Below are positions 17,831 through 27,609 of a DNA stretch of 64,000 bases, piece after piece; position 1 is the first letter of the stretch; every line of letters begins with the position of its first letter. Both the position numbers and the translations under genes were made by a program. Source of the DNA: Bordetella parapertussis (GTDB lineage Bacteria; Pseudomonadota; Gammaproteobacteria; Burkholderiales; JACQAP01). The notes under the pieces were generated by a model that was not told the origin of the DNA, made no database searches, and saw only the letters and a list, made by a program, of their open reading frames with translations. The stretch is from contig CAMDKM010000003.1 of NCBI GenBank assembly GCA_945900965.1, positions 7,639 to 71,638 of the forward strand, read 5' to 3'.

Positions 17831-18279
17831 AGACCCATGACGAAATCCCATTCGCGGGATTCCACGGGGGTGATCGACAGGCGATTGCCTCGCTGGAGGA
17901 CGCGCATGGCCGCAAGCTCTTTATGCACGCGCAATTCCGGCAGTCCCACCAGGCGGGTCTTTTTCGCCAGCGTCACATCGACGTTGAACCAACGTGGCGT
18001 GTTTTGATCAGCTTTTGGGTCGAAATAAGGGCTCTTTCGATCGAACTGGGTTTCGTCCGGGTAAGCCAGGCGAGATACCCGAACGATGCCCACGATGCCC
18101 GGTTCCGGGCAACTCGAGTGGTAGAAAAATGCCTGATCTCCCAAGGCCATTCCATCGCGCATGAAATTTCGCGCCTGATAATTGCGCACACCCCACCAGG
18201 CCGCGGTCTTGCGGGGAGCGGCGGCCAGATGCTCGATGCCGAAGACATTCGGCTCGGATTTCATCAACCAATAATTCAT
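17824..18279 (-). CDS. EVE domain-containing protein (PUA-like)
   Basis: MNYWLMKSEPNVFGIEHL..WWGVRNYQARNFMRDGMALGDQAFFYHSS is the canonical EVE signature. The likely ATG is at 18279. Confidence 0.88.
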   Translation of the reverse strand: MNYWLMKSEPNVFGIEHLAAAPRKTAAWWGVRNYQARNFMRDGMALGDQAFFYHSSCPEPGIVGIVRVSRLAYPDETQFDRKSPYFDPKADQNTPRWFNVDVTLAKKTRLVGLPELRVHKELAAMRVLQRGNRLSITPVESREWDFVMGLI

Positions 18280-18364
18280 GCGCAAAGGCGGCAAAAAAAT
18301 AGAGTTCCGAGATGGAACCCTATTCTTGATGTTTTCACACTTTTCTGCACGAGCAATATTTCTC

Positions 18365-18580
18365 GTGCCTGGTATTGGGCGCCCCCCGCGACTCCCGTCA
18401 GGCCTGCATCTTGAACCCAGGGTTCAAGGTGGTCGCTTTCCGAGCACATCAGGCGCTTCCCGGTGGGACGCGCACAACAGCGCTACATTGGGCCGCAACC
18501 TAGGTAAAGATCATAGGTTCAAAGAATATAGACCTGCCGAGCGCCGAGGGGGACATTAAAACAATTCATCCTGGCCATCC
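18365..18580 (-). ncRNA. ssrS: 6S RNA (ends approximate)
   Basis: It lies immediately downstream of zapA, the conserved synteny. The minus-strand motifs GCUCGG..GCGACCACCUUGAACCCUGGGUUCAAG..CAGGCCUG parallel E. coli 6S. A 19-nt closing stem forms between 18533-18551 and 18384-18402, with 16 of 19 positions paired including G-U. Confidence 0.6.
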
Positions 18581-18867
18581 ATTGCCTGCTCGATGACCGT
18601 CTGCATGCCGCCGATTCTACGCTTGAACTCACCGGCATCAAATCCACTATCCGTACGTAAAGCGAGAAACTCGTGTGTGATATTGAGTGCCGCCATGATT
18701 GCAATACGTTCGGCGCCTACTACTTTCCCGGACTCCTTGATCTCGCGCATCCGGGTATTGAGATGATCCACTGCTTTAAGAAGGCTGCTACGTTCGTCCT
18801 CCGGGCAGGCGATACAAAATTCGCGTCCCATGATATTGACGTCCAGCCCTTTGGCTCCCTTGCTCAA
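18556..18867 (-). CDS. zapA: Cell division protein ZapA
   Basis: LDVNIMGREFCIACPEDERSSLLKAVDHLNTRMREIKESGKVVGAERIAIMAALNITHEF. TTG start overlapping the upstream stop. Confidence 0.88.
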   Translation of the reverse strand: MSKGAKGLDVNIMGREFCIACPEDERSSLLKAVDHLNTRMREIKESGKVVGAERIAIMAALNITHEFLALRTDSGFDAGEFKRRIGGMQTVIEQAMDGQDELF

Positions 18868-19064
18868 TCGGCACTTTCGGGAATTTGCTCGATCAGGGCT
18901 TCCACCCGCGACCGTGCGGCACTGACTTTTTCTGCCAGGCGCTTGTTTTCGCTTTCCGCGGCGGCCAGTTGCTGACGAAGCTGGGAATTATCTTTCCTCA
19001 GCTTCTTAGTAAGCACGACGAGCTGCTGAAGTTTCTCGTCCAAGACTTTGAAGTCACTTTCCAT
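18864..19064 (-). CDS. Small coiled-coil protein (ZapB-like / TIGR02449-type) upstream of zapA
   Basis: MESDFKVLDEKLQQLVVLTKKLRKDNSQLRQQLAAAESENKRLAEKV has a heptad coiled-coil character, and the gene occupies the conserved position before zapA. Confidence 0.65.
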   Translation of the reverse strand: MESDFKVLDEKLQQLVVLTKKLRKDNSQLRQQLAAAESENKRLAEKVSAARSRVEALIEQIPESAD

Positions 19065-19204
19065 GCAGACACTATAATTTTTAAAACCCTGAAAAGTCAA
19101 CTGCTAACGCATTTTTGTGAATGTAAATTAGCAAATATCACGGTTCACCGCAAAACGGGCGCCAGTCCCCGGCTGGCGACCTTGCCCACAGGGGAATCGG
19201 CCTA

Positions 19205-19234
19205 TTGGCCCAATCACCGGGAAATCGTTAGAAT
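19205..19234 (+). promoter_or_regulatory. Putative sigma70 promoter for the riboswitch-receptor transcript
   Basis: TTGGCC (19205-19210), an 18-nt spacer, then TAGAAT (19229-19234), just upstream of the riboswitch. Confidence 0.4.
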
Positions 19235-19242
19235 TTGTCCAT

Positions 19243-19510
19243 GCTCTCGGGTGCTCCGGTCGAATTCTTCGTCGGAGTCAAACGGGAAACAGGTGCGGAA
19301 TTCGTCTTTTGCTGCCATTCGTCCACTGGGTACTTCCGTGGGCGTCCGTGTGGCGTTGGCGACCCAATTCCTGTGCTGCCCCCGCAACGGTAAGCGACTA
19401 AAGGGGCGTGTCTCTCAGCCACTGCGAAGGTTTTCGGCCAGCGATTTCTGCCGGCTGCTTCATGGGAAGGCGACACGCCCGATTCGCAAGCCCGGATACC
19501 GGCCCGACGA
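19243..19510 (+). promoter_or_regulatory. Cobalamin (B12) riboswitch
   Basis: Conserved blocks are AAACGGGAAACAGGUGCGGAAUUC, GCUGCCCCCGCAACGGUAAGCG, AGCCACUG, GGGAAGGCG and the B12-box-like AAGCCCGGAUACCGGCC. It lies in the 5' leader of a TonB-dependent receptor. Confidence 0.85.
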
Positions 19511-19637
19511 GCGCAAACGGAGTTTCCGCGCGGGGCGGGCATCCGGCGGCAGCCTCTGGCTTTCCTCCTGGTTTTTCCCTGGCGGGCTCCTTTTTTCGAG
19601 CCATGCATGCGGTGGGCATGCCATTCAGGGAGAAAAC

Positions 19638-21626
19638 ATGAAGCAGTGCTATTTGTTAACAATCCTCGCGGCGGGTCTTGTTGCGACGCATCTTTCCTTT
19701 GCCGAAGAAGCCAATGAAAGCCTTACAACCGAGGACGTGATTATCACGGCAACGCGTTTCGAAGAAAAAACAGGCGAGCGCGCAACTGGGTTAACGGTCA
19801 TTAACCGACGCCAGATCGAATCGAGCAATGCCAAAACCGTAGTGGATGTCCTAACTTCGATCGGCGGAGTGCATGCTCGGGATAATAGCGGACAGGCCAA
19901 CCCTCAGTTGGATTTGCGCGGATTCGGAATCGGCGGCGACCAAAACACTTTGGTTTTGGTTAATGGCCAGCGGATAAGCGAGAATGAATTACTGCCCGCC
20001 AATATTGCCGCAATTCCGCTTACCTCGATCGAGCGGATAGAAATTCTGCGTAGCGGCGGTGCGGTACTTTACGGCGGTGGTGCCACGGGTGGAACAATTA
20101 ACATCATTACCCGAAGTCACGCTTCTGGTGCCCGGTCCGGCCAGGTGCTTCTTGGTGCCGGTAGCTACGATGGCGAAGTTGCAGAAGCGATGTTGGGACT
20201 GGCGGGGGAAACGCTGAGTCTTGACCTGGCGGTGCGCAGAACGGAAACCGTTAATTACCGTCGCAATAATGCTCTACGCCAGGACACTGTGAACTCAATG
20301 GCGCGTTATGCCGCCGGCCGAGACCAAGTGTCCCTGAGTGTCGGCACGGATTCACAAAATATGCGCTTGCCTGGCGCGTTGTCGGCGGCACAAATCGCCG
20401 CTGATCGGCGCGCCACCCAATTTCCCGACGATCATGCTTCGCTGGATTCCGGATTCGCGTCTCTGGCCTGGTCCCGCTCTTTGGAGGGCTTGGAACTGTC
20501 GGCCGATGCCGGGTACCGGGAAAAGGACGCAGCCGGGCAGCTCTCGGGTGGACGAAATACGGTAAGCGGACGCACCCTGCTTTTTTCCCCTAGGGCAAAA
20601 ATAACCGGTAGTCTTTTCGGAGCAAGAAACTCGCTTGTCATCGGAAGCGAATGGGAAGAATGGGACTATGCGTCTACGGTGAATTTCCCCGGGTTCGACG
20701 CCGACGCGACCTCCCTTCAGGACAATTCGGCTTTGTTTGCCCAGGATACGATTCAGTTCAGCGAACGCACTGTCATCACACTTGGCGCGCGCAAGCAACG
20801 CAGCCGCACCGAAATTCGCGAACGGGACACCTTTACCCCGGCTACGACCATCACCGCGACGGCGCATCCCGAAGCTTACGAGGCTCTATTGCGGCAATCA
20901 TTAGTCGCCGGACTTGAGCTGTTCCTCAAGGCGGGAAGGAGTTTCCGTCTGGCAACTGTTGACGAGAATCGGGGCAAGACGACCCCGCTGGAGCCCCAGA
21001 CTTCCGACGATAGCGAGGTGGCATTGGAGTACCGCCATGCCGATGGAGATTTTCGGATAGCGGCCTATCGTCTCGACCTGACCAACGAAATTCATTACAT
21101 GTTCATCCCCGGCGGGTCGTTCGGACTGTTCGGCTCTAATGTGAACCTGCCCCCGACCCGGCGCCAGGGCATCGAGCTGAATGGAGGTCTGCGTATCTCC
21201 GAGACCCTCCGAGTGCAGGCCCGTTATGAACACCTGAGTGCGCGTTTTCGTCGAGGGACGTTTGGCGGGGCCGATGTCGGTGGCAATGAGATTCCGCTGG
21301 TGCCGGGAAAACTGGTTTCCCTGCATTTGGTCTGGCAGCCCGCCGAGCGCTGGAATTTGACCGGGACCGCACGTCACGTTGGCGAACAACGATTCGACAA
21401 CGATCAAAGTAATTCCTTCTCGGAAAAAATGTCGGCCTACACCGTGGTGGATATTAAAGCCACGCATGCGCTGGGCAACTGGTTCTTAAGCGTGCAGATC
21501 GACAATTTGTTTGCCAAGGAGTACTTCAGTTACGCAATTCGCAACAATGCAGGGGACTCGTTCAATGCTTATCCTGCGGCAGAGCGCAGCTTCTTCCTGA
21601 CAGCGCAGTATCGTTTCGGCGGATAA
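19638..21626 (+). CDS. btuB: TonB-dependent outer-membrane receptor, cobalamin-regulated (BtuB-like)
   Basis: Signal peptide MKQCYLLTILAAGLVATHLSFA. TonB box/plug DVIITATRFEE...GLTVINRRQIE. The C-terminus ends in aromatic residues (FLTAQYRFGG). A B12 riboswitch lies upstream. Confidence 0.75.
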   Translation: MKQCYLLTILAAGLVATHLSFAEEANESLTTEDVIITATRFEEKTGERATGLTVINRRQIESSNAKTVVDVLTSIGGVHARDNSGQANPQLDLRGFGIGGDQNTLVLVNGQRISENELLPANIAAIPLTSIERIEILRSGGAVLYGGGATGGTINIITRSHASGARSGQVLLGAGSYDGEVAEAMLGLAGETLSLDLAVRRTETVNYRRNNALRQDTVNSMARYAAGRDQVSLSVGTDSQNMRLPGALSAAQIAADRRATQFPDDHASLDSGFASLAWSRSLEGLELSADAGYREKDAAGQLSGGRNTVSGRTLLFSPRAKITGSLFGARNSLVIGSEWEEWDYASTVNFPGFDADATSLQDNSALFAQDTIQFSERTVITLGARKQRSRTEIRERDTFTPATTITATAHPEAYEALLRQSLVAGLELFLKAGRSFRLATVDENRGKTTPLEPQTSDDSEVALEYRHADGDFRIAAYRLDLTNEIHYMFIPGGSFGLFGSNVNLPPTRRQGIELNGGLRISETLRVQARYEHLSARFRRGTFGGADVGGNEIPLVPGKLVSLHLVWQPAERWNLTGTARHVGEQRFDNDQSNSFSEKMSAYTVVDIKATHALGNWFLSVQIDNLFAKEYFSYAIRNNAGDSFNAYPAAERSFFLTAQYRFGG

Positions 21627-21813
21627 GCGTCAAAGTTCTGTGGTCCCTATACTGGGATGCTTGACCTTTGCCGGGGGAAAGTGTCCCGTCGAAGCTGCTG
21701 CGCTGCCACAAGCCATTATGTCCAGGCGCTTGCCGCTTCTTTATCCTAGGCGTAGGCTAGCAGCCAAAATCACCGGTCGCAGGGACCGGAATTTCAACGA
21801 GGGGGAGAACGTC

Positions 21814-22980
21814 ATGTCGTATCGAAACATCGGTCGTATGAGTATCTATCTGTCGGCAGTGATCGTTGCGGTGTTGAGTGTGGCACCGGTGTCGGCGAGG
21901 CAGGAGAAACTGGGTAAGGGCGAGGGCGCGGTGGATATCGTGGCCTGGCCCGGTTATATCGAGCGTGGCGAAACCGACAAGGGCTTCGACTGGGTGACCG
22001 GTTTCGAAAAGGCCACCGGCTGCAAGGTGCGCGTCAAGACTGCCGGCACCTCGGACGAAATGGTGGCATTGATGAATGAAGGCGGGTTTGATCTGGTGAC
22101 CGCCTCCGGGGACGCCAGCATGCGTCTGATCTCGGGCAAGCGGGTCCAAGAGGTCAATATCGGGCTAGTGCCAAGTTTCAAGAACGTCGATCCCCGCCTG
22201 CAGAAAGCGCCATGGCATTACGTTGGTAGCAAACACTACGGTGTCCCCTACCAGTGGGGCTACAACGTGCTGGCCTATAACACCAAGGCCTTCAAGACTC
22301 CGCCACAGAGTTGGGAAGTTGTCTTTAAGGAAATGAAGCTCGACGACGGCAAGTCGAACAAAGGGCGCGTGCAAGCGTTCGACGGCCCGATCTACATCGC
22401 CGATGCCGCGCTGTACCTGATGAGCACCAAACCCGAGCTGGGCATCAAGAATCCTTACGAACTCGACGAGAATCAATACAAGGCTGCGCTGACGCTGCTG
22501 CGGGAACAGAGAAAACTGGTCTCGCGCTACTGGCACGATGCTTTTGTGCAGATCGACGACTTCACCAATGAGGGCGTGGTCGCTTCTTCATCGTGGGGGT
22601 TCCAGGTCAACCTGCTGCAGGGCAAGAAGGCGCCGATCGCCAGCATCGTGCCGAAGGAAGGCGCCACGGGCTGGGCGGATACCACCATGCTGCATGCCGA
22701 GGCGCCGCATCCGAATTGCGCTTACATGTGGATGGAACACTCCATTAACAAAAAACTCCAGGGTGATTTATCGGCATGGTTCGGATCGGTACCGTCAGTG
22801 CCCGAGGCTTGCAAAGGCAATACATTGTTGGGCGAAAAGGGTTGTGAGACCAACGGCATCAAGGAATTCGACCGCATCTGGTTCTGGCGCACGCCGGTTG
22901 CGGATTGCGGCGGCGGGCGCACCTGCGTTCCATACTATCGCTGGGTGACCGACTACATCGCAGTGCTCGGCGGGCGCTAA
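21814..22980 (+). CDS. ydcS: Polyamine-type ABC transporter substrate-binding protein YdcS
   Basis: [47 protein letters not shown]...[17 protein letters not shown]...YIAVLGGR is collinear with E. coli YdcS. ATG 21814 is preceded by GGGGGAG. Confidence 0.88.
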   Translation: MSYRNIGRMSIYLSAVIVAVLSVAPVSARQEKLGKGEGAVDIVAWPGYIERGETDKGFDWVTGFEKATGCKVRVKTAGTSDEMVALMNEGGFDLVTASGDASMRLISGKRVQEVNIGLVPSFKNVDPRLQKAPWHYVGSKHYGVPYQWGYNVLAYNTKAFKTPPQSWEVVFKEMKLDDGKSNKGRVQAFDGPIYIADAALYLMSTKPELGIKNPYELDENQYKAALTLLREQRKLVSRYWHDAFVQIDDFTNEGVVASSSWGFQVNLLQGKKAPIASIVPKEGATGWADTTMLHAEAPHPNCAYMWMEHSINKKLQGDLSAWFGSVPSVPEACKGNTLLGEKGCETNGIKEFDRIWFWRTPVADCGGGRTCVPYYRWVTDYIAVLGGR

Positions 22981-23007
22981 TTCATCCATAGATCCGGCAA
23001 TCAGACG

Positions 23008-23036
23008 ACGGGCCGCGTTCTGCGGCCCGTTTTTTG
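23008..23036 (+). terminator. Intra-operon Rho-independent terminator/attenuator after ydcS
   Basis: Stem ACGGGCCGC / GCGGCCCGT with a 5-nt loop, followed by TTTTT. Confidence 0.6.
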
Positions 23037-23053
23037 TCCGAGCCGAGACTCTC

Positions 23054-24091
23054 ATGTCGCAACGATCCGGCATCGCTGTCAGTTTCACCAATGTTACCCG
23101 CGCCTTCGGCAACGTCCGGGCCGTAGACGACGTTAGCTTCGAAGTTCGCGATGGCGAATTTTTCTCGATGCTCGGACCATCCGGCTCCGGCAAGACCACC
23201 TGCCTGCGGCTGATCGCGGGCTTCGAGCGCCCGGACGTCGGGCACATCTCCGTGCATGGCGTGAATGTCGAATCGGTCCCGCCCTACGAGCGCGACGTCA
23301 ATACGGTGTTTCAGGACTACGCGCTGTTTCCGCACATGAGCGTGACCGAAAATGTCGAATACGGGCTGATGATCCGCAAGGTGCCCGAAGCGGAGCGGCG
23401 CCAGCGCTCGCAAGAAATGCTGGCACTGGTCAAACTGGAATCCCTGGGCGCGCGCAAGCCTTCCCAGCTTTCAGGTGGCCAGCGTCAGCGCGTGGCCCTT
23501 GCCCGAGCCTTGATCAACCGTCCCAGTGTGTTGTTGCTGGACGAACCCCTGGGAGCGCTCGATCTCAAATTGCGCGAGCAGATGCAGGAAGAACTCAAGG
23601 CTCTGCAACGTCAGGTGGGCATCACATTTGTCTACGTCACCCATGATCAGGGCGAGGCGCTGGCCATGAGCGATCGGCTCGCGGTGTTCAAGCGCGGGCG
23701 TATCGAACAAATCGGTTCCCCGGCGCAGATCTACGAACATCCGCTCACGCCCTTCGTCGCGGATTTTGTCGGTGTCTCCAACGTCTGCACCGGCGAGTTG
23801 GCGCTGCGATTGAGCGGTTTGCCCCAGCCCTTCGCAATTCGCCCGGAAAAAATTCTCATGGACCCGATTGCCGATCCGGTTCCGGAGGGCTGGGTGACGA
23901 CCACCGGGCGGGTACGAAGCATTACTTACCACGGCGCGACCACACGATACTCGGTGGCATTGGATGAGGGAGGGGAACTCGCCGTGATGCGCCAGAACGG
24001 CACGGAGTCGCCACGCGCCGTAAAGATGGGCGAATTGGTGCGTCTGAAGTGGCCGCGGCAATTGAATCAAGGCCTGACCGAAGACCCATGA
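23054..24091 (+). CDS. ydcT: ABC transporter ATP-binding protein YdcT (PotA-like)
   Basis: [35 protein letters not shown], and a C-terminal TOBE-like domain. Confidence 0.88.
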   Translation: MSQRSGIAVSFTNVTRAFGNVRAVDDVSFEVRDGEFFSMLGPSGSGKTTCLRLIAGFERPDVGHISVHGVNVESVPPYERDVNTVFQDYALFPHMSVTENVEYGLMIRKVPEAERRQRSQEMLALVKLESLGARKPSQLSGGQRQRVALARALINRPSVLLLDEPLGALDLKLREQMQEELKALQRQVGITFVYVTHDQGEALAMSDRLAVFKRGRIEQIGSPAQIYEHPLTPFVADFVGVSNVCTGELALRLSGLPQPFAIRPEKILMDPIADPVPEGWVTTTGRVRSITYHGATTRYSVALDEGGELAVMRQNGTESPRAVKMGELVRLKWPRQLNQGLTEDP

Positions 24092-25020
24092 GCACGGCGG
24101 CGCTCCAGCCTTCGGTCCTTTCGCGGCTTTCGTCGGCCCTTTACCTTCATCCGCGACTGCTGCTGGCGTTGCTGCTCGCGCCGCCGCTGATCTGGTTCGG
24201 CATCATTTACCTCGGCTCGCTGTTGTCGTTGCTGTTGCAGAGTTTTTTCTATATCGACGACTTTTCCGGCAATGTGGTGCGGGAATTTTCGCTTTCCACC
24301 TATGGCCAGTTGTTCACGCTGGCCAATGCCGATGTTTTTCTGCGAACCACGCTGGTGGCCGCGGCCGTCACGGTGGCGGCGGCCTTGATTGCCTTTCCTA
24401 TCGCCTATTACATGGTGCGATATGCGAGCCTGAAGATGAAGGCGGCCCTGTATCTCGCAGTGATGCTGCCGCTATGGTCGAGTTATCTGGTGCGGGTCTA
24501 TGCCTGGAAACTGATCCTGGCGAAGGAAGGAATCGTGAACTGGTTTGCCACCCAATTACATCTGACCTGGATGATTGATGCCCTGCTGTCGATCCCCGTC
24601 ATCGGCGGGCCTTCACTGTCGATTTCCTACCTCGGTAGTTTCCTGGTGTTCCTGTATATCTGGTTGCCGTTCATGATTTTGCCCATCGTTGCAGCGCTGG
24701 AGCGGGTACCGGCTTCGCTGACCGAGGCTTCTGCCGACCTGGGGGCCACGCCGAATCAAACCTTCCGCAAGGTCATTCTTCCGTTGGCGGTACCCGGTGT
24801 GGTCGCCGGTTCGATTTTTACGTTTTCCCTCACGCTGGGCGATTACATCATTCCCGGCATCATAGGAAATTCCCGGCCCTTTATCGGCCAGGCCGTGTAT
24901 CAATTGCAGGGCACGGCGGGCAACATTCCGCTGGCGGCGGCGTTTACCATCGTGCCGATTGTCATCATGGGAATTTATCTGATGGTCGCGCGCCGTCTCG
25001 GGGCCTTTGATGCACTCTGA
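24088..25020 (+). CDS. ydcU: ABC transporter permease YdcU (PotB-like)
   Basis: Multi-TM protein with EAA loop [26 protein letters not shown] overlap with the ydcT stop. Confidence 0.85.
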   Translation: MSTAALQPSVLSRLSSALYLHPRLLLALLLAPPLIWFGIIYLGSLLSLLLQSFFYIDDFSGNVVREFSLSTYGQLFTLANADVFLRTTLVAAAVTVAAALIAFPIAYYMVRYASLKMKAALYLAVMLPLWSSYLVRVYAWKLILAKEGIVNWFATQLHLTWMIDALLSIPVIGGPSLSISYLGSFLVFLYIWLPFMILPIVAALERVPASLTEASADLGATPNQTFRKVILPLAVPGVVAGSIFTFSLTLGDYIIPGIIGNSRPFIGQAVYQLQGTAGNIPLAAAFTIVPIVIMGIYLMVARRLGAFDAL

Positions 25021-25828
25021 ACGACAGGGCGTCCGCGCCGCATGGCCGCTGAAAATCGGCGCGCTAGCCGGTGTTGCCTTCTTGCACGTGCCGCTGTTGA
25101 TTATTGTTCTTTATGCCTTCAGCGCGGAGGACAAGAGCTACGTTTTCCCGCCTCCTGCCCTAACGTTGAAATGGTTTGCCGTCGCGTGGTCGCGAGAGGA
25201 CGTGCGCGCTGCGCTGTGGTTGTCGATCCAGGCGGCTACAGTGTCGACTCTGGTCGCCATGATCCTCGGTACCCTTGCCGCGGCGGCCGTATGGCGCTCG
25301 CGCTTTTTCGGCCGCGAAGCGATCTCCTTGTTGTTAATCCTGCCGATTGCCCTGCCCGGCATCATCACCGGCATCAGCCTGCGCTCGGCGCTTAATTTGG
25401 CGGGTATCCCTTTCAGTTTCTGGACATTGGTAATCGGTCACGCGACCTTTTGTATTGTGGTGGTCTATAACAACGTGTTGGCCCGGTTTCGGAGGTCCTC
25501 CCCGGCGTTGATCGAAGCCTCGATGGACTTGGGCGCCAATGGCTTTCAAACCTTTCGTTACGTGGTGCTGCCCAATATCGCCACCGCGCTGCTGGCGGGC
25601 GGCATGTTGTCGTTTGCCCTGTCCTTCGACGAAGTGATCGTTACGACTTTCACCGCTGGACAGCAATCCACTCTGCCGATCTGGATGTTGTCGGAACTTA
25701 TGCGCCCACGGCAGCGGCCGGTGACCAATGTCGTCGCGGTATTCGTGATTGCCGTAACCTTTATTCCCATTCTGCTGGCGTTTTATCTCACCCGCGATAC
25801 CCAGGACGCGGCCGGCGGCGGAAAATAA
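25010..25828 (+). CDS. ydcV: ABC transporter permease YdcV (PotC-like)
   Basis: Multi-TM protein with [22 protein letters not shown]. The start overlaps the ydcU 3' end. Confidence 0.85.
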   Translation: MHSERQGVRAAWPLKIGALAGVAFLHVPLLIIVLYAFSAEDKSYVFPPPALTLKWFAVAWSREDVRAALWLSIQAATVSTLVAMILGTLAAAAVWRSRFFGREAISLLLILPIALPGIITGISLRSALNLAGIPFSFWTLVIGHATFCIVVVYNNVLARFRRSSPALIEASMDLGANGFQTFRYVVLPNIATALLAGGMLSFALSFDEVIVTTFTAGQQSTLPIWMLSELMRPRQRPVTNVVAVFVIAVTFIPILLAFYLTRDTQDAAGGGK

Positions 25829-25851
25829 CCCCTGTTTCGAGGAGCATCGCC

Positions 25852-27279
25852 ATGCAGACAAAACTTTTGATCAACGGCCAATTAGTCGCCGGGGCCGGCG
25901 CCGAGATCGACGTCATCAACCCCGCCACCGGCATGTCGATCGCGAAAATCCGCGAAGCCTCGAACGAGCAGATCAATCAGGCCGTCGAGTCGGCACGCAA
26001 GGCGTTTCGTACCTGGGGCCACACCACGCCGCAGGAACGTTCGCTGCTGCTGCTCAAACTGGCCGACCGCATCGAACAAAAGGCCAAGGAGTTTGCCGCG
26101 CTCGAATCGCTCAATTGCGGCAAGCCCAAAGCGCGGGCGTTGAACGACGAAATGCCAGCGATCGTGGATTGTTTCCGCTACTTCGCCGGTGCCGCGCGTT
26201 GCCTCCATGGAAGCGCCACCGATGAGTACCTGGCTGGCCATACCAGCATGATCCGGCGCGATCCGATCGGTGTCATTGCCCAGATCACGCCCTGGAATTA
26301 TCCTCTGATGATGGCCGCCTGGAAATTGGCGCCTGCCTTGGCCGCTGGCAATACCGTGGTGATCAAACCCTCCGAAATGACGCCGCTGACCACACTGATG
26401 CTGGGGGAAGTGCTGGCGGATATTTATCCAGCGGGGGTGGTCAACGTCGTCAACGGCCGCGGCGATTCCGTGGGCTCGCCGCTGATCAACCATGCCGGGG
26501 TGCGCATGATTTCGGTGACCGGTAGTGTTGCCACCGGCCAGAAAGTCATCCAGGCAGCACAGAGCAGCGTCAAGCGCACTCACCTGGAACTCGGTGGCAA
26601 GGCGCCGGTCATTGTATTTGACGATGCCGATCTGGAAGCCGTGGTCAGCGGCCTGCGCACATTCGGCTTCTACAATGCCGGCCAGGATTGCACTGCCGCC
26701 TGCCGAATTTACGCTGGCGCGAAAATCTACGACAAGCTGGTTGCCGATCTGGGCTCGGCGGTCAAGACGATCAATTACGGCCAGCCGGACAACGAAGCTT
26801 CCGAAATCGGTCCGCTGATCAGCGCCGCGCAACAGAAGCGTGTTGCCGGTTTCGTCGAGCGCGCCTTGGCATCCAAACACATGGAAGCCGCGGCAGGCGG
26901 TGCGGTCGCGTCGGGAAAGGGATTCTTCTTCCAGCCCACGGTGGTGGCCGGCGCACTGCAAAGCGACGAAATTGTACGCAAGGAAGTGTTCGGCCCGGTC
27001 GTCTCGGTCACCCGCTTCAAGGACACCGATGAAGCCATCGATTGGGCCAACGATTCGGACTACGGGCTCGCCTCGTCAGTTTGGACCAAGGATGTCAGCC
27101 GCGCCATGAAAGTGGCGAGCCGGCTGGAATATGGCTGCACCTGGATCAATACCCACTTCATGCTGGTGAACGAAATGCCGCATGGCGGGGTCAAGATGTC
27201 CGGCTATGGTAAAGATATGTCCATGTATGGCCTGGAGGATTACACCGTGGTCCGGCATGTCATGGTGAATCTCGGGTGA
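25852..27279 (+). CDS. patD: Gamma-aminobutyraldehyde dehydrogenase (NAD-dependent aldehyde dehydrogenase, PatD/YdcW)
   Basis: [27 protein letters not shown] parallels E. coli YdcW. Catalytic motifs ELGGKAP and NAGQDCTA. Synteny with ydcSTUV. Confidence 0.88.
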   Translation: MQTKLLINGQLVAGAGAEIDVINPATGMSIAKIREASNEQINQAVESARKAFRTWGHTTPQERSLLLLKLADRIEQKAKEFAALESLNCGKPKARALNDEMPAIVDCFRYFAGAARCLHGSATDEYLAGHTSMIRRDPIGVIAQITPWNYPLMMAAWKLAPALAAGNTVVIKPSEMTPLTTLMLGEVLADIYPAGVVNVVNGRGDSVGSPLINHAGVRMISVTGSVATGQKVIQAAQSSVKRTHLELGGKAPVIVFDDADLEAVVSGLRTFGFYNAGQDCTAACRIYAGAKIYDKLVADLGSAVKTINYGQPDNEASEIGPLISAAQQKRVAGFVERALASKHMEAAAGGAVASGKGFFFQPTVVAGALQSDEIVRKEVFGPVVSVTRFKDTDEAIDWANDSDYGLASSVWTKDVSRAMKVASRLEYGCTWINTHFMLVNEMPHGGVKMSGYGKDMSMYGLEDYTVVRHVMVNLG

Positions 27280-27282
27280 TTA

Positions 27283-27570
27283 GTTCCTAAAGAAAAGCTC
27301 GACGCAAAGGCGCAAAGTTCGCAAAGGACGCGAAGAAAATCAGATCACGGAAAAACCTGGATAGCTCCCAACATGTCATTCCCGTGGAAACGGGAATCTA
27401 GGGTTTTCAATAGAAACCCATTGCCCGCTCCTGGAAAAAACGATTCGGGGGCAAGCTTCGCAGGAAGACAATTTGTCTGGAGGTCGGTGCCGATCCTTTG
27501 CCGCCGCTATGAACGTCTAATAACTCCGTATTGGGGTTTCTTTGCGTCATCTTTGCGCCTTTGCGTCAAG
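27283..27570. repeat. Foldback element, copy C (CGCAAAG-type arms), composite
   Basis: Left: TTCCTAAAGAAAAGCTC plus GACGCAAAGGCGCAAAGTTCGCAAAGGACGCGAAG. Right: TTTGCGTCATCTTTGCGCCTTTGCGTC, the reverse complement. The ~200-nt interior carries a REP-like palindrome. It starts 4 nt after the patD stop. Confidence 0.7.
27375..27398. repeat. REP-like palindrome GTCATTCCCGTGGAAACGGGAATC, copy 1
   Basis: Stem ATTCCCGT / ACGGGAAT. A reverse-complement copy lies at 34528-34547. Confidence 0.7.
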
Positions 27571-27609
27571 AAATTCTGCTCTCCCTCCAATGAATGATAT
27601 CTTTCGCCC

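Noticed and set aside
18384-18551. 6S RNA encoded on the plus strand instead of the minus strand
   Set aside because: The CUUGAACC..GGUUCAAG hairpin is palindromic. However, the flanking conserved blocks (GCGACCACC before it, CAGGCCUG after it) and the zapA synteny only fit the minus strand.
18885-19637. 5' extension of the TonB-receptor ORF (the ORF track gives a 913-aa protein starting at 18885)
   Set aside because: The extension reads through the antisense of the zapB-like gene and through the cobalamin riboswitch. A signal peptide and TonB box follow ATG 19638.
21640-21813. Upstream extension of ydcS (a 58-aa leader in the ORF track)
   Set aside because: Homology to YdcS and the signal peptide begin at ATG 21814, which also has a good RBS.
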